From Epiperipatus broadwayi (lineage: Eukaryota > Animalia > Onychophora), in assembly GCA_028023455.1 (NCBI GenBank), contig JAQFVV010000009.1:10788001-10852000 (forward strand): a stretch of 64,000 bases of DNA, read 5' to 3'. Position 1 is the stretch's first letter; the number at the start of each line of letters is the position of its first letter. A program made the translations under genes and the position numbers. The notes below the pieces were generated by a model. The model was not told where the DNA came from. It did no database searches and saw only the letters and a list, made by a program, of their open reading frames with translations. Below, piece after piece: positions 54,490 through 64,000 of the stretch.

Positions 54490-55700
54490 ATGCAAGCTTG
54501 TTACACATAACCTGTTTAGATTTTATGGCATCTTCTGTTTGTAACATTGAAATATATAATTTTTTAGAAAGTTTCTTTTTCTCCTTTAGGTAGATTAGAT
54601 CAAATGTTGTACTTTTGTTCTGCTGCTTTCTTGGACATTTTTTTTTTCATATAAAAAAATGGAGACTTTTTATTTAGCCAAATGTCAATAATTTTTTAAT
54701 ACTTCCTTTCAAATTCCAAACTTCTTATTGAGTCATTTGTCACTTCCCATGATTCACATCTATATCCCAATGTTAGTAAATGTACAATTCATTGCATTTA
54801 ATTTGATTTGTAACCTGACTTTTTATTTTCCCAAATCTTATCCATGACCTGTAAATGCATGTTTGCTTTGCTTATCATTAACCTTTTTTCTAGTGATATT
54901 ATTTCTAAGATATACAAAAAAATGAACCTTATCTAGTTTATTTCTATCAATTTTGGTTCCCTCCTCTCCAAAGCATTGCTGTTTTTGTTATGGCCATATT
55001 TATATAGGAACCATTCTGTTCTGGGGGTGGGTGGATCTTTTTTTAAAATAGTAATTTTTCTTTTTAATCTATTGCTCTTTTCAGAATATTTTTGGAGATA
55101 ATGGATTGCATTTTGTCATGCCTTTTCCATTTCAATCTAACTTTAAACTTTTCCACAAATTCTCATAGCTGCTTTTGAATGATCTAGTTTATTTTAAAAA
55201 TATTAATGTATTTTTCATGATTCAAGTATTCTCACACTGTTTTTGGTTACAGTTATCAAAAGCCATATATAAAAACATAAATTTGTTTTTTCATTTAGAT
55301 TTCTCAGCAATGAGGAAGAATGATATTTGTAATATGATAGATATATTTTTGCAATAAAGTTTATTCATTTGATTTTTTTTTGTTTGAATTATTAAAGTGT
55401 TATTTAAGAGGAGCCTGTTGAATTTGAACTAAATATTTGGGAATCTATACTGTTTTTTATTTATAATATTACCAAGATTTATCCTATATCATTATTTCCA
55501 GGGTTTCTTTTTATCTTCAACTTATTCATTACTTTTTTAATTTCTTTCAGTAAAATGCCATTTTTAAATCTAATATAAAGGTGATGATACTATTTTAATA
55601 GATTCATTTTTTAATGTTATGATATATTTTTAAATAAATGTTCATTTTATAAAATTTAGTCCAATATTTTATATTTTGCTTTAAAATGTAATTCTTAGCA
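54490..55700 (-). mobile_element. Degenerate RTE-like LINE (RT and C-terminal region)
   Basis: FLYMAFD, GKGMTKCNPLSPKIF (cf. GVRQGC.LSP.LF) and LGYRCESWEVT...LEFERK (cf. LLYGCESW...FERK). Confidence 0.65.
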
Positions 55701-58468
55701 GAGAACGTTTTTTTATTTTTATATAATGAAAGATTATTGGATTTAGAATTAATCTGTAATTATGTCTTTGGACAGCATTTTATTTGGAAGTTAAAAATAA
55801 GTATAAATTGACAAAATCAATGTTTCCCAGTACAAACTGAAACAGCAATTTAATGCTACTATGGAAAGTCATAAAAATATTTTTGAGGAAAATTATACAC
55901 ATGGAATAAAAGATCCAGATCAGGAAAAATATTAAGTTACCATTCTGGATTAGCAAGGTTTGACAAATTTTGGTCAAGAAGTAGAGAGAGAGGAAAATAG
56001 ATACATTTGTGATGCAGACCAAGAAAACAAAGTATAAGATGTACCATAGAATCTGCAAATGAGAATAAACTCAGAAGAAAATGCAGCTACCAAAAAAGAA
56101 AATTACAAAACATTCATTAAAACTGAAAAATGCAGTAAAATCAGAAAAACGTGTCCAGAAAAGCAAATCACAAGATAAATAGAAAATTTACATGCAGAAA
56201 AAAAGATAGAATAACTTTTATCTATTAATGTAGGTCAAAAAGAGAAAAGCAGTTTACAAATCTGTAAGAAAATATAAGTAGCCTAGAGAATGAAAGAGAA
56301 TAATAGGAAATAATATTACTTTGTTTAAAATTTAATTTTGGGCAGAGAAAACTTTTTAATAATATCTTTTGACTTTAAGTATCTTTTATACTTTTTGAAT
56401 CTGTTATAGTGATCTTCCACCCATTTTAATTCATCTTTTTTGAATGTCCTCTTTTAATATTTCATTGGCACATAAATAAAATCATTGGTTGCGAAATTGT
56501 TTTTAGATTTGTGATTTGTTTTAGATTTTAGTTTTTCATCATAAGCCAAAATAAGGGGGGGAGGAGTCAAATGGCTTACTCCAATTAGGCTTATTAATTT
56601 ATAAGTATTTTGCTAATGATTAACAATATTCTATCTGTTTATGCTTTTGTTCTGCCTATTCCACTTATGCTTTTCCTATTTTATGTTACAATATTTTATT
56701 GGATTTATTCTTTCATAATCCCTCTCCCCTTCTGATATAATTTTGATAAAAACTTTATCTAAAAGCCCAATTTTTAAAATTTTTGTCTTTATTCATGTGT
56801 TATTCCCCCCCTCCCTATATTACAGCTTAATATTTTTCATTATGATTAATTTTTTTTGTATTTGAAAGTCACTTTTATTTAATTTTTAAATTTTAGTGTG
56901 ATTTTTTTTTTTTATAGCCATCAAATTATGATGTATGTCTACTTCTTGAAGATTCCCTGTTGTTATTTTGATGCTTAACATTTTTTATTAATATATTTTA
57001 TATTATATTTTTTCTTCCATCATTTGATCATCTTCATATTAACAATTTCTAATCTTCAGCTGTAAATGATCATATTGTATTCTCAGACAAACTCAAAAAG
57101 AGATTTTGCCATTTTTTTTTGTTTAAATACTATATCTGTTTACATTTTTATCCCCCACTAACAATTCCACTCCTAATATTCATTCTTTTTTAGTTGGTAA
57201 TAATATTTTTATGAGTTTTATAATTAAATTGCTTCAACTTTTTATTTTTTTATGTTAGAACTATAAATAATTCAAAAATTAGCAATAAAAGATCAAAATA
57301 TTTTTAAAATGTTATGTTCCTAAACTCTTTTTAAATAATAATATTGTTATAAAAACAATGCTTCCCGTAATTTTCATACTCAATAAATAGTTCAGCACAG
57401 TGTAAACAAGAGAAGAGCGCTTATTCGCATTTGAGGATAGTAAAGAATAAACTCTATTTGATCACTTGAATGAAAATGAAATGTTCAGTCTGTATTTTAT
57501 TGATAGTGGAATGACAGCTGACTTTTCTGGCAACAAAACGTATGAATATTTTACTTATTCAAAGTCAAGAATTTTTTGTTAAATAAATAGTTTTTACCTT
57601 GTCGTTTTAGATGGAACTACATGACTAATTTTTTTTTTAATAAATTATTTTTTTTAATAAATAACTATCAAAAATATTGTCTTTGAAACAGAAACATAAA
57701 AATCCTAAGGTTGAAAATCATCCCAAATTATACCCAGACAAAATAACCCAATGACTGCTACAATGTATTACAGGGGTACAATGATACGAGCGATCACTGT
57801 TTTCTAGAGCATAATGTTAATTTTATTAATATATTATTTATTCCAAAATAATTAAATAAATGTATAAACTAATAAATATTTATTCAAATTTGCATATTTA
57901 CAACTCCAGATATACATATTTTTTTTTATTAGCTAATATATATATTCTTACATTTAGACGTCATTGCGACATCATGAATAGTAAATAAGTCATAAAAATT
58001 ATGCATTAGGTATGAAATGACTGCACAGAATTAATAATCTAAATGTAAATCATAGCAAATATATAAATATTATATTAATACTAGGTGTATTATCTTACAT
58101 ATACAAAGAAAATCATGAAAATTGGTCAACTCTCCTGATAGACTTTGATAGAGTTTTGCTTTACATAAAATAGAATCCAGAACAAATTATTTTGAATATG
58201 AATTTTACTTATCAACTGTTGAATAATTTAACCAATATTTGCATTCACTCAAATGATATGTTTGGGAATTGTGCATGAATTATTAATATACATATAAAAT
58301 GGGTCCTGTGTTGCAATGATAATATCCCAACCTATCATGTTTATAACCTGAATTTGAATTCAAGCCTTTAATTTTTTTCAGATAGCCAATCCAGCTAACA
58401 GATTCAGTATTGTTTCATAAATGGGTATTTAGTTTATTCTTATCTAGAAGATAAAACAATAGGGTCAA

Positions 58469-58539
58469 GCATTGATGGCCAAGTGGTTAGCATAGTTGCC
58501 TTCCAAGCAGCTGGTTGGATTCGCTTCCCAGTCAACACA
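58469..58539 (+). pseudogene. tRNA-Gly(TCC) pseudogene
   Basis: GCATTGATGGCCAAGTGGTTAGCATAGTTGCCTTCCAAGCAG...ATTCGCTTCCCAGTCAACACA closely follows the metazoan tRNA-Gly(TCC) pattern. There are two mismatches in the acceptor stem and a damaged B box. Confidence 0.75.
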
Positions 58540-58864
58540 TTTGATATATGAGAAAGAAAAAAAAAGATAAAACAATCCGTGGGATAAATACTCAAACTCT
58601 CATTACTTAGAAATGTATCAAAAGATGTTGGAGAGATTTAGCTTTTCAGTAGGATATTTAAAATGGCGTTTTATCTTATATATATATATATATAATTATT
58701 CAAAACAATACAATAATTAATACAGTAACAATATTTTAAACAAACAAATATATACCAATTTAATAGAAGTACTTTCAACTATCTATGTAGTCGTTGTCAA
58801 CTAGATTCAAATTGTATTATAAAAAAAACGTTACAAATGTAAACAAAAAGTAATACGTCATACA

Positions 58865-59248
58865 TCAATTTTCCCACAATTCATTAATTTTTATATTGGC
58901 GGCCTGTCTGTTTATCAACTGTTGCTTTTCACTTTTTATTAACATAGCTTCTTTAATTTTGCGTTTATTATTATTTCTTTCAATACACAAAATCTTAACT
59001 TTATTAAAATCAAAATCAAAACCATAATTACATGTTACAATATGATCAAAAAATACTGATGGTGATACATCATCATTTCTAACATTCTCTTGTCTTGATT
59101 TTTGCACTCGTTTATATAACAACAAATGCTCCTTTGATCTTTTCTCCAATGTACATCGAGATTTCCCAATATATGCCTTTCCACAAACACATAGCCATTT
59201 ATATATTGCACAACTTTGATTTAAAATACTACACCTATTTTTTGAATT
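58865..59248 (-). pseudogene. Uninterrupted 127-codon GIY-YIG endonuclease domain of a Penelope-like element (5'-truncated, no start codon)
   Basis: NSKNRCSILNQSCAIYKWLCVCGKAYIGKSRCTLEKRSKEH...FDFDFNKVKILCIERNNNKRKIKEAMLI...INRQ...NELWEN*. Confidence 0.9.
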
Positions 59249-59452
59249 TTAATAAAGTTAAGATTTTGTGTATTAAAAGAAATAATAATAAACGCAAAAT
59301 TAAAGAAGCTATGTTAATAAAAAGTGAAAAGCAACAGTTGATAAACAGACAGGCCGCCAATATAAAAATTAATGAATTGTGGGAAAATTGATGTATGATG
59401 TATTACTTTTTGTTTACATTTGTAACGTTTTTTTTATAATACAATTTGAATC

Positions 59453-59492
59453 TAGTTGACAACGACTACATAGATAGTTGAAAGTACTTCTA
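59453..59492 (+). ncRNA. Non-canonical HHR-like motif in the PLE 3' UTR (mirrored in the left arm)
   Basis: tag tTGACAA c-gacta-cataga-tagtt GAAA gtac TT cta. It deviates from the CUGANGA consensus. Confidence 0.4.
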
Positions 59493-60851
59493 TTAAATTG
59501 GTATATATTTGTTTGTTTAAAATATTGTTACTGTATTAATTATTGTATTGTTTTGAATAATTATATATATTTTATTATAATTGGAATACAGACATTGATT
59601 AATAATTTATATATATATATATACACGTAATAAGAAGAATCTTGTGGTATAGTAGGTAATGCATCCACTGACCATGTTTATAACTTATGACTGTAGTTTT
59701 GATAAAATCTGAAAGATTGTTTTTTAGGGTTATTGACCTTCAATCAATTTATAAAGTGGTTCAAGTTATTCTTAACCAAAAGATAAAAAATGAAAGGATA
59801 CTCTTAAATTATTATTCTGAATTTGTATAGCTTAGTAAGAAATGCCTATTTCATTGCTCTTATTTGAAGAGCAATTGGAGAGGTCTTTACTCTACAGTAG
59901 ACATTTTACGAACTACTTACACATCCATACACACATATATACCCACATTAATTTTATATAATTTAATTAGAATTACTATTACACCTTCTTTTTCTTTTCT
60001 TTTTTTGCTATTTTATTTTCAATAATTTTTCTAAAATATCGAAATTGAAAAACCTTGTGGTTTTAAGGGGCCCAGTTATTTAATATTAGACAGTCTGCTA
60101 TTAAATCTAGAAAATATCTCATATATTTAGACTGAATAAAGCTTAGTGAATTTATTTTGAAATTAAATTTTTGTTACAACTCAAAGATAGAAAACTTGTT
60201 CCTGACTTTTATATTGTGATACTTTCTTTCAATGTCAAAAACGCGTCCATATGCACCAACGGTTGATAAGTTACTTGCAAAGAATACTACTTTAATAAAT
60301 TTATTCTATAAAAATTATGTTATAGACTGTTTAAAAAAACTATTTATTTATTAATAGTATTCTGCTCTGCACTCTTTTAGAGATAAAAATTTAATTTACT
60401 GCAAATCTCCAATCCGTAAGCCTATAGGCGAAAGATAATACAATTTCATCATTTTAACATTTGAAACATCGTTTCTTGTGATAGGAAATGAAATCTAGCC
60501 TACTAGATTAATGTTAAAATCAGAAAAAAAAAATTGAAAGACAAACTTTATAGGAGTTAAGATTATTTTTTATTAATCACTTTCATTTATTGGAATGAAT
60601 TTTGAAGTTTGTGGAGAGAATCCCTATTAAAATAATATTTTTTGCTCTTTTGTATTTAAACTGCTTTAAATTCTAATTTAATTTTATAAATAAATTTACT
60701 TTATTATCTTAATAATATAAAGGACCCTCTAAAGTTGATGATGTTGTGTTAAATGATGACAAGTAATAGCAAACTACTAACATTAATAATCAAGTGCTAT
60801 TATCTGAGAGTACTCATATCTCTTTCTATATATACATATAGTATGTCTTAC

Positions 60852-60984
60852 TATGATATATTTGCATATTCAATCTGCATCAAATAATGTGTTATGTTTG
60901 TCATCATCCAAAGCTTGCAACTGTTCACTAATGATATGGACTATAATGCCATAAACAAACCAATGTAGCCCCGTTCTAATATAG
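60852..60984 (-). other. Candidate spliced exon (possibly 5' UTR or first coding exon)
   Basis: Acceptor ttcctttttgttgcag and donor ata|gtaaga on the minus strand. No frame is open across the whole exon; an internal ATG frame (MMTNITHYLMQIEYANIS) reaches the donor. Confidence 0.25.
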
Positions 60985-61143
60985 CTGCAACAAAAAGGAA
61001 GTAAAAAATAAGAAATTAATCTTACCCTAAGAACACATAATGCTAAACATTATCCTCACATAGTCACAGAAGTTATAAAATAAACTTTATTAACTAAAAT
61101 AAATGAGTTAATTTTATGCACAGTAAATTCAATAAATAAATAC

Positions 61144-61329
61144 TGAAGTCTTTCCATTAAAGTTTGAAGAATTGCCATCTTAATATAAACCGAGCATTGA
61201 TTGTATATATGTGTGGGAGATTATGATCTGATCCATCTGATGAGGGCTGGTTCTTAACAAAATATGTTTATTGGGGATCATGTATCTTTTTCAGATATGT
61301 ATGATCACGTGTATTATTTGCTTGAGATG
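61144..61329 (+). mobile_element. Older diverged copy of HHR family B with decayed hammerhead
   Basis: Aligns by eye with ~9652-9838. CTGATGA lies at 61237-61243 but GAAA is mutated. Confidence 0.7.
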
Positions 61330-61811
61330 AATAAATTGAAAAATACCGAATTCATATTCCTCTATTTACAAAATTAATAATAAAATAAAACAAAGTTTAT
61401 TAATAAATATTATAAAAAGAAGTTTAAGTCATCCATCAATGATTTAAATAATATTATCTTATTTTCAAACAATGCACTTGTTTAAACGTAATATAATATC
61501 GACATTCAAACTAAGTTTTAATAAAATGAATATGACATATTTTATTTCATATTTTAATTTAAAAAAAATTTCCCCTAAATAATGAAATTATTTATAAAGG
61601 TAAAATACTCCCTCTATGTATATCATCATTTATAAGGGTATCAAAATACTAACTCAACCAGTTTAAAATGTCATTGCCTTAAAATGAGAGCATCATCAAT
61701 GGATTTAATATTGTTATATAGTTTTTTTTTTAATTCTATATGTTGACAGAGAACCAGACATGAATTTTATTTTTAATGAAACCAGGAATATATTTATTTG
61801 TATTCTTAATA

Positions 61812-62704
61812 TGAGGGGGTACCCAAAAAACCCAGAATCACTGTCTGGAAAGCAAATATGTTGTAATACATGCTTCTGCCATTAAATGTTTTTTATGGAA
61901 ATCTCCCCCCCCCCCCCTGCATCAATCTGTTAACTATTTTTATTAACTGAAGTTGTAGTTCTGCATAGTAAATGTTTTTCTTAAGTATATCATGTTTATT
62001 TGTCAATTTTTGTAATAGCTGAAAAGTTAGAACAACATGAAATGCTGTTTTATTTTAGAGAAAACGGCAAGGGAAATTTTTATAATGCTTGCAACAGCTT
62101 TCAAGTAAACTGTTCTGTGGAAAAGACAAGTTTCTGAGTGGTTTAATAGAAATTCCAAATTTATCATGTCTCAAAAAAGCATGGCAAATGAAGTCCATTG
62201 TCAAGACGATGCTTATTTTTTTTTATGCCAACAGAATTATTCACTCAGAACTCATTCATAACTATCAGGCATTTTACCTACAAGTTCTAAAATGTCCTGA
62301 TTTGTGACCAAATGGTGAGTGCTAGCTTCATCATGGCAATACATTAGACAAAACCCTGAATGTAAAACACATTTTAAATTAAAAACTGCATGGCCCAGCT
62401 TTTTCATCAGCCATATTCACCTGATCTCACTTTGTGTAATTTTTTAAAATTCTCCTGAATAAAAAAATGTCTCAAAAGAAAAAGTTTTGCAAACTTGAAA
62501 ATGGTGACAAAAAAAAAAAAAAAAAACGATGGAGGTGTTAAAAAGGCATTATTTTGCAAGAGTTTTAGAACTATTTCCAAAGTAAAAATATGTTTAAAGT
62601 GGTCCAAATGGATAATATTTTGAAGGAGATTCAATTTGTAACACCTAAAAATAAATACACAATTTTTTACTACAAAATTCTGGTTATTCTTGAGTACTCC
62701 CTGG
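61812..62704 (+). mobile_element. Internally deleted mariner element
   Basis: Imperfect ~27-bp TIRs flanked by TA. Transposase remnants KKAWQMKSIVKTMLIFFYANRIIHSE, NYQAFYLQVLK and QPYSPDL. Confidence 0.9.
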
Positions 62705-62914
62705 TACATGCCATAAGAAAATTCCATGGTAGTGAAATTTAACATGAATAATAAATATTTTTAAAAAATGAATTATTTTTGTGAATATGATTGAAACAAA
62801 ATCTATTTTTAACACAACTGTCATTTTTAATCTTGGAGTGACCAGTTTATGATTTGTCAATAAGTCTTCACTATAATATAAACTTTTCTCGTTTCTTGTT
62901 TCTAATATATCCAG

Positions 62915-63155
62915 AGTGGAGTTGGGCTGGACATATTGCTAGTAGAAATGATAATAGATGGACAATTGAAATCTTAAACTGGATTCCAAGAGGTTGTAAA
63001 AGACCCAGAAAGAAACCACATGTGAGATGAATGAATGAAATAAGAAAGTGTGTAGGAGTGATGTGGAGAAGAGATGCTAGAGATTGGAGAAGCTGGATTG
63101 AACTTAGAGAGACCTTCATCCTGTAGTGGATTGATAATGGTTGTTGATGATGATG
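62915..63155 (+). mobile_element. 5'-truncated RTE-clade LINE 3' end with (GAT)n tail and 8-bp TSD
   Basis: WSWAGHIASRNDNRWTIEILNWIPRGCKRPRKKPHVR*MNEI...WRSWIELRETFIL*WIDNGC then tgatgatgat. ATATCCAG lies at 62907-62914 and 63156-63163. Confidence 0.85.
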
Positions 63156-64000
63156 ATATCCAGGGTCAATCAATCAATTGGCCAGTGGATAATTTTAATG
63201 GTTTATTAAAAAAAACCCATAAAGTTTAATAATAAATTCAAGAGTTTATTTTACACTGAATATAATAATAATATTTAGTAAAAGAGAATTCAATTTGCTA
63301 TTTGTTAGTTCAGAACAAGATCTCTTATAGATCACTTAGCAGTTCATATAATTCTCAGATAGTCGAATTGGATTCTTGATTAGAGCTCTTCTTTACTAAT
63401 TTTCAGAACAACAAAACTGACTCCAGGACATAGTTCAGTACTTAGTATATCATTTTACTGCATTGCTTTGTCATTACTGTTATGATTTTATTCTTCTGCA
63501 GACTGTCTTCTGCTTTGCTAATTTGAATAAAATAAGACTTTTATTAATATGCAAATTAGTCTGTTGTTTCTTGCAGTAACTAATTTTCTTTTCTGCATAT
63601 CATTATTATTTCTGTTTCTGGAGTGGTCTAGAAATTTTATTTTTTCTACATATGTACATACCTATTTATTTATGCTTTAAATAAAATACATATGCACAGA
63701 TGTAGCATTCCTTCCTCAACTCCAGAAACACACAAAATTTTATACACAAATAAATTTTCTAGCTTTTACTTTATTTACAAAATAATCTTGTAACTTTTCC
63801 TGGTCTCCTCCATACTTGAATAGGCCTTGTTGAGTTAATTCTTTTTCCTCTTGCTCTGTAGTCTTTTCTTCTCATTCATTATTTAATTTTTTAAGCTCAT
63901 CTTGAACTGGAGAGCTAACTGGTCTTTTTAATTCCATTTCATCAGAAAAATAAGTGTTATTTCCTTTTTCTAAGGTCAGAATAACCACTATATCTTCTAA

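Larger units (their letters stand above)
58695..59606 (-). mobile_element. Young 5'-truncated Penelope-like element with an inverted terminal copy and tail
   Basis: Near-identical inverted arms at ~58686-59010 and ~59246-59570, then a 36-nt tail. The flanks are TA tracts, so the TSD is ambiguous. Contains a GIY-YIG frame. Confidence 0.9.

Noticed and set aside
62871-63173. 100-aa His-rich ORF on the minus strand
   Set aside because: It is the antisense reading of the RTE LINE 3' end and its (GAT)n tail.
63230-64000. Purine-rich, protein-like minus-strand frames at the window end
   Set aside because: Stops occur in every frame, no family is recognisable, and the segment is cut by the window edge.

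Overview
This is very AT-rich, CpG-poor eukaryotic (probably invertebrate) DNA. I could not confirm any host protein-coding exon. The window reads as intergenic or deep-intronic sequence filled with transposon relics: several LINEs, Penelope-like elements (PLEs), a hAT MITE, a pogo-type element, a mariner, a probable solo LTR, a gag-like relic, tRNA-derived sequences and microsatellites. The main unexplained signal is a set of non-coding repeats carrying type I hammerhead ribozyme (HHR) motifs. The best case is a young insertion at 52359-53633 with a 13-bp target-site duplication (TSD). It holds about 1.9 tandem copies of a 466-bp unit plus an inverted copy, each with an intact HHR core, and looks like a retrozyme. 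Two older copies of this family lie at 25.6 and 35.1 kb. A second HHR family with tRNA-like boxes lies at 9.3-9.9 kb and 61.1 kb. Six insertions share an inverted-repeat architecture with 13-15 bp TSDs (one TSD is uncertain because it falls in a TA tract), and all six point the same way. One of them is a young Penelope fragment with an uninterrupted GIY-YIG endonuclease frame, a candidate relative of the mobilising element. All calls come from reading the sequence by eye; no database search or RNA folding was run.
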